A DNA stretch of 64,000 nt, from positions 32,001 to 96,000 of the IMG/VR virus record IMGVR_UViG_3300021963_000054. One strand, 5' to 3'. Origin of the DNA: a virus. The notes below the pieces were generated by a model that saw only the letters and a program-made list of their open reading frames with translations, was not told the origin of the DNA and did not search any database. Shown piece by piece: positions 1-10,628 of the stretch; the first letter of the stretch is position 1; each line of letters opens with the position of its first letter. A program made the translations under genes and the position numbers.

Positions 1-96
1 CCAAAGATTAGCATCATTCAATCTAAATTAAATAAAATGCTTGTTCTGGATGCAGATGATCCTACCAGCGTTGTTGTTAAAACTACTACAATTTAA
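1..96 (+). CDS. 3' end of upstream gene, probably baseplate wedge gp6 (partial)
   Basis: Open frame PKISIIQSKLNKMLVLDADDPTSVVVKTTTI* ends at TAA 94-96 and overlaps the next ATG (TAATG). It lies directly before gp7-gp8. Confidence 0.55.
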   Translation, partial: PKISIIQSKLNKMLVLDADDPTSVVVKTTTI

Positions 97-2885
97 TGGA
101 AAACGTTCGCACATCAAACCTGGTATCTTCACAGTTACCAGATTTCGTAAGAAGTGACTATCCAAAATTTGTCACATTCTTAGAGAAATACTATGAATGG
201 CTGGAAACTACAAATAGCGTTTCCTTTGAAATTGATGCATTACGTAATGCAAATGATATTGATAGTTCTGATGACTATTACATTGAACAACTAAAGAAGG
301 ATTTAGCTCCTTATTTTCCTCAAGAGATTGTAACCGACAAAAGACTTTTCTTAAAGTTGGTAACTCAATTTTATAAATCCAGCGGAACACAAGAATCTGT
401 TAAGTTCCTTTTCAGAGCATTGTATAATGAAAACATTGATATCTACTATCCAAAAGAAGATATTTTAAAAACTTCTGATGGTAAATGGGTTTTGCCTTTA
501 GCCCTTAGAATTGACACCAATGATAACAACATTTTCAACATTGCAAAAACTTTAATTACCGGACAAACTTCAAAAGCTACTGCTTTGGTTGAAAAAGTAA
601 TTCAATCTGTTGACCGTCAACTTGGTATTACATATACTGAAATTTATGTTTCAAACGTTCAGAGACTGTTTACAACAGGCGAAAGAATAACAGCAACGTA
701 TGTTGATGAAGATACTGGTCTAAACGTTACTGTTGGCGGTCGTTTGATTGGTGCTCTATCAGAAATAAAAATAAATCCGAACAATAGAGGTCTTTTTTAT
801 AACGCATATGATCCTGAAACTGGATATGATGGAGATCCTGTTAGTATTGTTGGTGGTTTAAACCCTGTTGCAAATACTCCAGTTGGCGCTGTTGCTTATG
901 TTGGAGTAACAACAAAGGGTGGTATTACCGATATCATTGTGGAAAAAAGTGGATTTGGATTTAGAGATCCTGCAATAAATTTGAATTCTTCAATCATTGA
1001 CTTCAAAGGCGGTTTTGCCAATACAGTTTTTGGTACAGAAGCAAAAGCCTCTATTAATCTTTTAGACACTTCAGTTTCAAGGAAATTAAATGTCTCAAAT
1101 ATGTCCATTCAAACATTACATGGTTTGCATCCAAATGTTGCAAACGTGGAAAATGTTACGGTAGCAAATGCATCAACATTTGATGCGTTCACAGTTTTTC
1201 CAATTTCATTCGTTATAGTTGATGGCTCCGGCGGTGGTTATCGTCAAAAGCCAACCGTTGAAACTTATAGTTTTTACAATGAAGACTATGATGACATTTT
1301 AGTATGTACTGCAAGAAACATCGTAGCAGGAACATCCCTTATAAATGATACTACACAAAACTTAACAGTTTCTTTTGAGACTGGTGACTATGTTAGATTG
1401 TTTATCAATAATAAATTTGAAGCAATTCGTGAAGTTTCTTCCGTAGATACGAATAATTTATATTTTGCTGAATCATTTCCTAATGATTTATCTGGAGTAT
1501 CCGTTTATAAAGTTCTAAGAAATGATTTATATAAAATCGGATCACTTGGCAGAATAACCATAAACAGTGGTGGTACAAATTACGCAAATGGCGATATTTT
1601 AATTTTTACTGGTGGTTCTGGATATGGAGCAAATGCATTTGTGAACGTTGCTCCGGGCGGCATAATTACTTCTGTAACAATGAATAATCATTCGTCAAAC
1701 GCTTTTGTTATTGGCGGCGAGGGATATAAAAGAGACTCATTGCCAACAATTACCATACAATCATCATCTGGCACAAGTGCTAATCTATCTGTCTCAGAGA
1801 TAACTGGCGATGGTGAGCAATATGGATTGACCACATCAAGAATTGGCGCAATAACATCATTGAGAGTTAGCAGTTATGGTTATGATTATGTTGAAGCTCC
1901 AACAGTCTCTTTGAGAAATGCGGACATTATATTGAATAGTGTTACAGAAGGACAATTGTTTGTTTCAAATACCTCAATTTATCAAGGCACATCAAACATT
2001 AGTTCTTCATTTAGCGCAACAGTGGATTCATATAATTCTGGAACTACAACTCTTAGAATATTTAATTATCGTGGCGTTTTTGACGCAACTAAAGTTATCA
2101 AGTCGGATGATGGAACAGTTACCGGAAATGTAACCTCATCGTTATTTTATGGTGATGGTAACGCAAAAGCTACAGCAAACTTTGAAAATGGATTGATTCG
2201 TTATCCAGGTATTTACTTGAATACTGATGGACAAATTAGTGCGGATAAGAAGTTGCAAGATGGCGAAAAATATCATAACTTCTCATACATTATTAAATCA
2301 CAAACCGACTATTCTAAGTTTAAGAAACCACTAAACGATATTGTACATCCTATTGGAACAAAAACTTTTATCACCAAGATTGACAACAATGAAGAAATGT
2401 TGGCTCAAGTTAACACTTCGTCTTTTATAACAATCACTTCACTCGCCGATACTTACAATATTGCCAATGGCTCTAATAAAATTATTACCACAAATACCAG
2501 CGCAAATCTACAGGCAACGGTTAATGTGGGCGATTTAATCCTTCTGTCAAATGTCCATAGAAGATTGCAAAATACAGTTAATGTTGTTTCAGGATCAAAC
2601 ATCTTGTTTGGTGCGGCTAACAGTGTCAATTTCATAAATGACCTGCAAGACGGCGATACGATATATTTGTCTACCGGTAATACTGTGACAATTAAAGAAG
2701 TCACCAATTCTTCTTTTGCTATACTAGACACCATAATTAATGTAACATCAACTTCAGCGACTGTTAATCTTGTTTATACTGCTACTGTCAGGGCTAATTC
2801 CAGAAATGCAAATACTATTTTTGCAAGTAGCATATTTACATCAAACGGTAGCAATTTGAGCGCAACCATTCAAAAAGTTAGATAA
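96..2885 (+). CDS. gp7: Baseplate wedge initiator, gp7-like (929 aa)
   Basis: N-terminus SQLPDFVRSDYPKFVTFLEKYYEWLE, YKSSGT..S.KFLFRALY, and C-terminal LQDGEKYHNFSYIIKS..HPIG motifs of T4-like gp7. Synteny before gp8. Confidence 0.8.
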   Translation: MENVRTSNLVSSQLPDFVRSDYPKFVTFLEKYYEWLETTNSVSFEIDALRNANDIDSSDDYYIEQLKKDLAPYFPQEIVTDKRLFLKLVTQFYKSSGTQESVKFLFRALYNENIDIYYPKEDILKTSDGKWVLPLALRIDTNDNNIFNIAKTLITGQTSKATALVEKVIQSVDRQLGITYTEIYVSNVQRLFTTGERITATYVDEDTGLNVTVGGRLIGALSEIKINPNNRGLFYNAYDPETGYDGDPVSIVGGLNPVANTPVGAVAYVGVTTKGGITDIIVEKSGFGFRDPAINLNSSIIDFKGGFANTVFGTEAKASINLLDTSVSRKLNVSNMSIQTLHGLHPNVANVENVTVANASTFDAFTVFPISFVIVDGSGGGYRQKPTVETYSFYNEDYDDILVCTARNIVAGTSLINDTTQNLTVSFETGDYVRLFINNKFEAIREVSSVDTNNLYFAESFPNDLSGVSVYKVLRNDLYKIGSLGRITINSGGTNYANGDILIFTGGSGYGANAFVNVAPGGIITSVTMNNHSSNAFVIGGEGYKRDSLPTITIQSSSGTSANLSVSEITGDGEQYGLTTSRIGAITSLRVSSYGYDYVEAPTVSLRNADIILNSVTEGQLFVSNTSIYQGTSNISSSFSATVDSYNSGTTTLRIFNYRGVFDATKVIKSDDGTVTGNVTSSLFYGDGNAKATANFENGLIRYPGIYLNTDGQISADKKLQDGEKYHNFSYIIKSQTDYSKFKKPLNDIVHPIGTKTFITKIDNNEEMLAQVNTSSFITITSLADTYNIANGSNKIITTNTSANLQATVNVGDLILLSNVHRRLQNTVNVVSGSNILFGAANSVNFINDLQDGDTIYLSTGNTVTIKEVTNSSFAILDTIINVTSTSATVNLVYTATVRANSRNANTIFASSIFTSNGSNLSATIQKVR

Positions 2886-2893
2886 ATAGAAAC

Positions 2894-4222
2894 ATGTCAG
2901 CACTCTTAACTAAAAATTTCAAAATTTTGATGGCAGAGCAAGTCTATAACCTGTTGGACTTGGGTGCAAATTCATACTTGCCCGCCGAAAAAAAATCTTA
3001 TATGTATGCCTTTTTTGGTAGACATTTACCATGGAATTCAGGCACTGAGGTAGAAGGAAGTCCTTCGGAAACCGATGCGGCTATAAATGATTACTACAAG
3101 CGTGGTGTTCTTGCAAAACAAATATCTTTAGAAAACGCATCTCTTGTTATTCCAAGAAATGATTGGGTTTCAAATACCGTATATAACACGTATGAAGCCA
3201 ATACAAATTTTTATGTAATAAATTCTAAGGATCAAGTTTTTAAGTGTCTTTCAAATGTTTCGCCAGGTACAGCTTCTACAGTATCACCAGAATTGACGCT
3301 ATCAACAACATCACTAGAAGAACCTTATGTTGAGACTTCCGATTTTTACAAATGGAAGTACATGTACACATTAACATCTGTACAGAAACAAAAATTCTTA
3401 ACTGATGATTGGATGCCAGTATCAGTAAACAAGTTTGTACGAGCCGCAGCCGAACCAGGCTCAATTGATATTGTGACTGTAACAAATTCTGGTAATAATT
3501 ACACAGTTGGTACTGTACAAAACATCATTACGATTGATGGCGATGGAACAGGTGCAGTATTGAAAGCCAACGTTTCTGGTGGTAAAGTACAAAATATAGT
3601 TATTCAAAATCGTGGAAATTATTACACTTATGCCAATCTAACTTTTACTGATGTTACTGGTGGAATAGGAACATTGGCGACTGCTGAAGTCTCAATCGCT
3701 CCACATAATGGTCATGGTTATGAGCCCGCTTATGAGTTGGGTGGTTCTACAATAATGTTTAATGTGGAATTTGACCAAGATGAGGGTGGAGTATTACCTG
3801 TGGATAATGATTTCCGTGAAGTTGTCATTTTACGAAATCCATACAAATATGGCACAACATCATTAGCCACCGCACAAACATATTCTTTATACACTCTTAT
3901 TAAAGTGTCGCCAGGTGTTGGTGATTTTAATAATGACGAAGTTGTTTATCAGGGAGCAACATACGGCAGTGCGACATTTACGGCTGACGTAATTTCATTT
4001 AGTGAAACACCAAACTTATTGTATCTAAACAATGTTCGTGGAACATTACAAACAAATCAAGCGATTAGAGGTTTGCAAACCGGCGCTATTCGTATCGTAA
4101 ATTCCGTAACAAATCCAACTCTCGATTTGTACTCCGGAAAGATATTATACATATCAGATAAATTACCAATTACAAGAGATCCAGCCCAAACCGAACGAAT
4201 TCGTTTCATTTTGAGTTTCTAA
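2894..4222 (+). CDS. gp8: Baseplate wedge subunit gp8 (442 aa)
   Basis: Motifs VIPRNDW, FYVINS..VFKCLSN, YKWKYMYT and C-terminal SGKILYI...ITR..QTERIRFILSF. Confidence 0.9.
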   Translation: MSALLTKNFKILMAEQVYNLLDLGANSYLPAEKKSYMYAFFGRHLPWNSGTEVEGSPSETDAAINDYYKRGVLAKQISLENASLVIPRNDWVSNTVYNTYEANTNFYVINSKDQVFKCLSNVSPGTASTVSPELTLSTTSLEEPYVETSDFYKWKYMYTLTSVQKQKFLTDDWMPVSVNKFVRAAAEPGSIDIVTVTNSGNNYTVGTVQNIITIDGDGTGAVLKANVSGGKVQNIVIQNRGNYYTYANLTFTDVTGGIGTLATAEVSIAPHNGHGYEPAYELGGSTIMFNVEFDQDEGGVLPVDNDFREVVILRNPYKYGTTSLATAQTYSLYTLIKVSPGVGDFNNDEVVYQGATYGSATFTADVISFSETPNLLYLNNVRGTLQTNQAIRGLQTGAIRIVNSVTNPTLDLYSGKILYISDKLPITRDPAQTERIRFILSF

Positions 4223-4233
4223 ACGAGGAATAA

Positions 4234-7200
4234 ATGACTGCTACTTTTAACTACGATCCATACTATGATGATTTTGATGAAGATAAAAACTTCATGCGAG
4301 TTTTGTTTCGTCCTGGGTATTCGGTTCAAGCCCGTGAATTAACACAGCTACAAACTATATTAGCTAACCAAATTGAAAAATTTGGTAATCATATTTTTAA
4401 GAGCGGTAGTCCGATTGTTGGTGGTAAAGTTTCATTAGACACTAAAGCGAATTATGTTGTTCTGGCTGCTCAGTATAATAACTTGGACGTTGATGCTACA
4501 CAATTTCTAAACAAGACTGTCGTTTCGTATAACTCATCAAAAATAATTAGAGCAAAAGTTATCGCAATTGACACATCAACTGCGAATCCAATTCTAATTT
4601 TGAAATATCTAAGTGGCGAAAGATTTTCTGAATCGGACGAAATTCGTGTTTATGGACAAGAAATTTATGCACAACTAAGATCCACAGCAGCCGTTGGTGG
4701 TTCTTACGTTGCTAAATTGCAAGAGGGCATATACTACTTCAAAGGACAATTCGTAAAAGTAGTTCCACAATATCTTGTTCTTGAAATTTTCTATCGTGTA
4801 GGATATAACACATCAACAATCAATCTAAATCCATCTTACAAAGTTGGTATTGAATTTACCGAAACCATTGTTGATGAAATTGATGACACCTCTCTATTGG
4901 ATCCAGCGCAGGGAGCATTTAATTATCAAGCCCCCGGCGCAGAACGTTTTGCGATCCAAACATCTCTTTCAAAGCGGACATTAGATTCTGCTGACATTTC
5001 CACATTCTTTGAAATCGTTCGTCTTGTTAATGGCGTAAAAACAAAAGAAATTGAATATCCAATTTATAGCGAAATTGAAAAAACTTTAGCTCGCCGAACA
5101 CATGACGAATCTGGAAACTATACAGTGGACCCATTTGTAGTTTCTCTTGAAGAAGGAGATAGTGCTAATGGCAAATTTAACGTTGTTTTGGATCCAGGTA
5201 AAGCATATGTGAGTGGTTATGAGTTTGAAACTATTGCTCCAACAATTATTGAAGTTGACCGAGCGAGAGATGTTTCAAATGTTTCAAGTTTTGACTTACC
5301 AACAAACTATGAAAGTAGTTTAGTTCTAGCAAACGTTCGTGGTACACTTGATATTACATCATTCCCATCTTTGGATATTCATTCCGTTCCACTGACAAAC
5401 ATAAGTTTGTCCACAACAGCAACATATAATTCTACCAAAATTGGTACCATTAATGCGAATATGATTCGCTACAATGATTCAACACTTTCATCAAATGGAA
5501 ATAGTCACAGTCATGTAGTGAATACGTTTGGAGCAAACACAACTCCTATCACAGGAACATTAGCCGCATCAGGTTCATCTGCTACTACAATCGCAATTCC
5601 TGCCGCATTCAATGCTGGTTTGCCATTGAATGCATATGCAAACATGTATTTTCAAATTACCAATGGTGCTGGCGCTTCATTGTCGCCAATTCTAATTACT
5701 AGTTCAAATACCGTAACTCTCAATTTAGCATCATCATTGACTTTTATTCCAGGTTCAAACACATTCACTATTCAGTCTGATATTAGAAATGCAGAATCGT
5801 TAGTTCAAAATGGTGGATCATATATTCAATTTGGTGGTAATATTGATGTAGATTCAAAAGATCCAACTACAGGATTTGTATCTATCAGTGAACCAGCAAG
5901 AACAAGTCTTGTTTTTGAAACTCCATATGAAGCTATTAAAGCTAATACAATTAGCAATATGGACTTTCAAGTTAGAAAACTATATCAGGGAACAACGGTA
6001 GGCTCTAGCGGTGTATTTACTGTGACCGCTTCTGGCACAGATACGTTCTCGTTCTCATCTGGAGTAGATCCACTTAGCAATTCGCAGATTCAAGACAATA
6101 TAATTTGTTTTGTTCGTTCCGATAGTGCAAGTAATACTCAGTATGGTATTCAACCTAATACAGTTATTAGTTTATCGCAATCTGGTTTTGCTGTTACTCC
6201 GATATCAGCATCTCAGTTTTCAATTGATTTGAAAGCTACTCAAACAATCAAAGTTGATTTGCTTATAAAAACAAAAATTAATAACGCTGAAGATGGTACA
6301 AACGGTGTTACCAAGCGTAAACAATTGGTGCCAATTACGGGCGGAATAGACTTACATTCATTGATTCCTTATGAAATGAATACTGCTGGAACTGAGGGAA
6401 CAACTGTTCTATATTCAGCAAATACATCTGGCGAAGTAACCTATTTTGCTGGCGGTGCGGTATTCAAAAGTATCGGCGCAATCAATTTTGATAACGGCAC
6501 AGTATTAACAGATTTGAGAACACCAGGAAAAGCAGTTAGCTTGCAAGTTCCGGATGTGTATGAAATTATTGGCATTTATGATTCTAAAAATACAGGATCA
6601 AATGTTACCTCTGCTATGTTGACAACTGCATCTAATGATATTACAACACACTATGAGTTTGACAATGGTCAACGCAAAACTCATTATGACCACGCAACAA
6701 TTAAATTGAAACGTGGTTATTCTGCGCCTGTTGGAAAAGTATTTGTACAATATAGATACTTCAAAAGTTTATCCGTATTTGCAGGCTTATTTGATGTTGA
6801 TTCATACTCAAAAGGTTCAAACATCTCTTATGATGAAATTTCTAAGTTTGATAATAAAGAAGATAAAAAACTTATTCCTCTAAGAGGCGCATTTGACTTT
6901 AGACCCTACAGAGCAATTGGTGGAACATCATTATCTGGAGCATTGAATCCAGAACCACTAGAAAACATCACGATGAATTATGATTACTACTTGCCAAGAA
7001 TTGACCAAGTGGTAGTTAAATCTTCTAGAGAAATTGGAGTGTTGAAAGGACAATCAGCCGTTGTTCCAGTTCCACCTCCAGTTGATAAAAAAGATATGTT
7101 GATTTATACTTTGTATATTCCAGCATATACCGAAAGTGTTAAAGATATCCGCGCAGACTTTAAGAATCATCGCAGATATACGATGAGTGACATTCAGGCG

Positions 7201-10200
7201 TTTGAGGATAGAATTCGTGGACTAGAGTACTATGTTGCATTGACAACATTGGAAAAGGATGCAGCCTCAACAAAAATTCTGGACAACAATGGTCTTGAAC
7301 GCTCAAAATATGGTATTCTTGTTGATAACTTCACAACAAAAGATTCACAAGCCACATTCTCAGACGCAGACTATGATAACAGAAACTTGATTGATGCTGG
7401 AAGATTGTATCCAGCTTCTCTAATGAGAACTGTTGCATTGGAAGCAAATACATCATTAAGCACAGGTGCAACAAAAGTTGTTGGAACTGGTACCAAAAAA
7501 GCATTGATGCTTTCATACACAACCTCTGAATTTGCAAAGCAACCTTATGCAACAAAATCTTTAGCGATTGCTGATGCAACTTTTGCTAACTTTAAAGGTA
7601 AAACAAAACTGTTCCCAGAATTTACTGGAGATGTTGATACTGGTTCTACAGCGAGAGTTACACTAAATTCAACTCAGGGCATTGATAATGCTTTCAACTT
7701 TATCAATGATGCATTTAAGTATGTTGCTGACAATAATAAACAATGGGCTGATGATAGAAATAGTCCCTTTGCTCAAATTGCTGATAGTAAATGGTATAAA
7801 ACTTTAAGAGAAACAGATTATACTAAACAAACAACCATACATTTAGGCGGAAGAACTTTCGGTCAATATGCAGCCGTTAATGACAACACTTATTTGACTA
7901 AGGGCGCAGAACTAAATCAGAAACAAATTTCCACATCAACTTCACAAGTGGACGTTGGAACTTTTGTTACAGATTTGGCTATTCAACCATACATGAAGTC
8001 AAAGCAAATTCTTTTTGCTACCGAAGGCATGAGACCTTCAACAGTAATGTATTCTTTCTTTGATGAAACTGATGTTAACAAGTATATTGTAGTGCCAAAC
8101 AAAGTTACTTTGAATGCTAATACAACTTTGATTTCTGGCGAATCAGTTCTTACAGCAAACACTATTGCAGACTTGACCGCAAACTTAGTAAGTCTATTAT
8201 CTGGTGGAAATTCTTTTGATGCTGGATTTGTTGTTGTAAGTGAGATTGGATCTGCTAATGTATCCATTATCAATGAAACAGGTAAACCTCTTTCGGGTAA
8301 ATATGTTTATGGACTAGACACCGGTAAATATTACACAGTAAGTTCCGTAGATGACCATCGTTCCGGTGTAACAAGAGGCGTTAGTGCTTCAACAATTACC
8401 CTTGCTTCCGATGCGCCAGCTTACAGCATAGTTGGAAACACGATTACTCTTATTCGCTCAACTTCATCATTTGAAGGAGTGGGCGCACAATTTACAGTAA
8501 CATCGTATGATACCAGCACAAAGGTTGCTACCGTAAGTGGAGCAAGTGCATATGCTGGTGGAACATATGTCTATAGTTTTGGAACAAATAGAACGAACAC
8601 TTTAGGACAAGTTGGCGGTGCATTCTATATGCCAAAAGCAACATTCCGTTCAGGTGAAAGAAACTTCCGCGTTACTGAATCTTTTAATAACACATATGAC
8701 GCAGATTCAATTTCGTTCTCAGATAAAACATACAACGCAACTGGTCTAACAGTAAGCAAAACAACTCTTGTTGATACTGTATTGAATGTTGATGTTGATA
8801 GAAAAATTGTTGGCACACAAACTTCTGATAGATTGATTGGTTCTGTAGCATCTGGTCAAGAATTTTTATATGCATGGTCTACTACCGATCCACTTGCACA
8901 AACATTCTTTGTTGATCCTGTAGTATATCCACAAGGTTTGTTCTTAAGTAGTGTTGATTTATTCTTTAAAGCAAAAGATGATGGCAACTTGCCAGTGACA
9001 ATGCAAATTCGTCCAACGGTAAATGGATTTCCATCTTCTGATTACTGGTATCCAGAATCTGTTGTGGTTAAATATCCATCACAGATTAATGTGTCTGAAT
9101 CGCCAAGCGTTTCAATTGCAAGTACAGCTACCAATTTTGAGTTTAGTTTTCCTGTTTATTTGAAACCAGGTCTATACGCACTAATTGTTTTGGCTGATAC
9201 TCAAGACTACATTCTTTGGCAAGCTGAAAAGGGCGGAACAACTACCAACAATGAGTATGTTGATAAACAGCCATACATGGGTACTTTGTATAAATCACAA
9301 AATACCGCAGAATGGACTCCGTTTATTAATGAAGACTTGATGTTTAGATTAAATCGTTGTGTTTTCACAACAAACAGCACTGCAACATATTACTTAAGAA
9401 ATGAAGCATTAGGCAGCGTTACAAATTATGATAAATTGAGATTGATTACAAATTCAATTGTACCAGATGCAAAAGTTACATCGTTGACGCATAGCATCGC
9501 AACGACTACGATTTCGGGCGCAAAAGAATCTTCATTTAGAACATTGTCTCCAGGACAAACATATGATTTCTCCAACGATGACTTATATCAAATTGGTTAT
9601 CGTAGAAAGAAAATGCTCAATGCAAATGATTTTACATTGAAACTTGATATGACAACAACAAGTGATGCTGTGTCGCCAATCTTCTCATTAGAATCTGCTT
9701 ATGTTAACATGTGGGAAAACTACATTGATAATGCAGAAATTAATTCTGAAGACTTCACAATCATTGCCCCAGGCAGTGGTTACAGTAATGCAAACTTGAT
9801 TACTATCACAAGTTCATCTGGTACCGGAGCAAATGCTAACGTGACTGTTGACGCAAATGGTAATGTTATTGCAGTTTATGTAACATCGCCAGGTTCTGGT
9901 TATTTGGATGACTTTGAAATTTCTTACTATACGCATCCAACAACTCCAGCAACAATCGTATTGAATAGCGAATATGATTCTACTGGTGGACCATGTTTAG
10001 CACGTTACATTACCAAGCCAGTTAAGTTAGCTGATGGATATGATGCTGGCGATTTGCGTGTATTCCTTGGCGCAAACAAGCCAGGATCTTCGGAAGTTTC
10101 GGTATTTTATAAAGTATTATCTGATAGTGATGCAACTTCATTTAAGGATAGACCATATCAGAAAATGGTATGTATTAATCCTACGGTAACTGCATCGCCA

Positions 10201-10392
10201 GATACAGAAGGCTTCCGTGATTATGAATATCGCCCATCTGCAACAGTAAACGCAATTACATATACTGGCGAAAATGGAGTTACATATGATACATTTAAGA
10301 CTTTTGCAATTAAAATTGTATTGACCTCCAGTGATCCAGCGATTGTGCCAAGTGTTAAAGACTTGCGTATCATCGCAACTCCTGCCGAGTAA
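4234..10392 (+). CDS. Large virion structural protein, DUF4815/VrlC-like (2052 aa)
   Basis: PYYDDFDEDKNFMRVLFRPGYSVQARELTQLQ N-terminus, DPLAQTF and P.VKDLRIIA C-terminus typical of this family in T4-like phages. Confidence 0.85.
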   Translation: MTATFNYDPYYDDFDEDKNFMRVLFRPGYSVQARELTQLQTILANQIEKFGNHIFKSGSPIVGGKVSLDTKANYVVLAAQYNNLDVDATQFLNKTVVSYNSSKIIRAKVIAIDTSTANPILILKYLSGERFSESDEIRVYGQEIYAQLRSTAAVGGSYVAKLQEGIYYFKGQFVKVVPQYLVLEIFYRVGYNTSTINLNPSYKVGIEFTETIVDEIDDTSLLDPAQGAFNYQAPGAERFAIQTSLSKRTLDSADISTFFEIVRLVNGVKTKEIEYPIYSEIEKTLARRTHDESGNYTVDPFVVSLEEGDSANGKFNVVLDPGKAYVSGYEFETIAPTIIEVDRARDVSNVSSFDLPTNYESSLVLANVRGTLDITSFPSLDIHSVPLTNISLSTTATYNSTKIGTINANMIRYNDSTLSSNGNSHSHVVNTFGANTTPITGTLAASGSSATTIAIPAAFNAGLPLNAYANMYFQITNGAGASLSPILITSSNTVTLNLASSLTFIPGSNTFTIQSDIRNAESLVQNGGSYIQFGGNIDVDSKDPTTGFVSISEPARTSLVFETPYEAIKANTISNMDFQVRKLYQGTTVGSSGVFTVTASGTDTFSFSSGVDPLSNSQIQDNIICFVRSDSASNTQYGIQPNTVISLSQSGFAVTPISASQFSIDLKATQTIKVDLLIKTKINNAEDGTNGVTKRKQLVPITGGIDLHSLIPYEMNTAGTEGTTVLYSANTSGEVTYFAGGAVFKSIGAINFDNGTVLTDLRTPGKAVSLQVPDVYEIIGIYDSKNTGSNVTSAMLTTASNDITTHYEFDNGQRKTHYDHATIKLKRGYSAPVGKVFVQYRYFKSLSVFAGLFDVDSYSKGSNISYDEISKFDNKEDKKLIPLRGAFDFRPYRAIGGTSLSGALNPEPLENITMNYDYYLPRIDQVVVKSSREIGVLKGQSAVVPVPPPVDKKDMLIYTLYIPAYTESVKDIRADFKNHRRYTMSDIQAFEDRIRGLEYYVALTTLEKDAASTKILDNNGLERSKYGILVDNFTTKDSQATFSDADYDNRNLIDAGRLYPASLMRTVALEANTSLSTGATKVVGTGTKKALMLSYTTSEFAKQPYATKSLAIADATFANFKGKTKLFPEFTGDVDTGSTARVTLNSTQGIDNAFNFINDAFKYVADNNKQWADDRNSPFAQIADSKWYKTLRETDYTKQTTIHLGGRTFGQYAAVNDNTYLTKGAELNQKQISTSTSQVDVGTFVTDLAIQPYMKSKQILFATEGMRPSTVMYSFFDETDVNKYIVVPNKVTLNANTTLISGESVLTANTIADLTANLVSLLSGGNSFDAGFVVVSEIGSANVSIINETGKPLSGKYVYGLDTGKYYTVSSVDDHRSGVTRGVSASTITLASDAPAYSIVGNTITLIRSTSSFEGVGAQFTVTSYDTSTKVATVSGASAYAGGTYVYSFGTNRTNTLGQVGGAFYMPKATFRSGERNFRVTESFNNTYDADSISFSDKTYNATGLTVSKTTLVDTVLNVDVDRKIVGTQTSDRLIGSVASGQEFLYAWSTTDPLAQTFFVDPVVYPQGLFLSSVDLFFKAKDDGNLPVTMQIRPTVNGFPSSDYWYPESVVVKYPSQINVSESPSVSIASTATNFEFSFPVYLKPGLYALIVLADTQDYILWQAEKGGTTTNNEYVDKQPYMGTLYKSQNTAEWTPFINEDLMFRLNRCVFTTNSTATYYLRNEALGSVTNYDKLRLITNSIVPDAKVTSLTHSIATTTISGAKESSFRTLSPGQTYDFSNDDLYQIGYRRKKMLNANDFTLKLDMTTTSDAVSPIFSLESAYVNMWENYIDNAEINSEDFTIIAPGSGYSNANLITITSSSGTGANANVTVDANGNVIAVYVTSPGSGYLDDFEISYYTHPTTPATIVLNSEYDSTGGPCLARYITKPVKLADGYDAGDLRVFLGANKPGSSEVSVFYKVLSDSDATSFKDRPYQKMVCINPTVTASPDTEGFRDYEYRPSATVNAITYTGENGVTYDTFKTFAIKIVLTSSDPAIVPSVKDLRIIATPAE

Positions 10393-10394
10393 TC

Positions 10395-10628
10395 ATGCTT
10401 GTGAAAGTTGAAGGTACCAATTTTATTAAAGATACCGGCACAAACGCCCTGTTGATGACGGGGCGGAATGCTTTGGTAGAAAATGAAGCAAGGAAAAAAC
10501 TTGCCGATAGGATGAATGGCAAAAATAATGAGATAAATAACTTGAAGAATCAAGTGGAAGAATTGTCTTCGGATATGAAGGAAATTAAGTCCCTACTAAA
10601 CGCATTGTTGAAACAGAGTAAAGAATAA
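10395..10628 (+). CDS. Small coiled-coil hypothetical protein (77 aa)
   Basis: Tightly packed ORF with a C-terminal heptad pattern (INNLKNQVEELSSDMKEIKSLL). Confidence 0.75.
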   Translation: MLVKVEGTNFIKDTGTNALLMTGRNALVENEARKKLADRMNGKNNEINNLKNQVEELSSDMKEIKSLLNALLKQSKE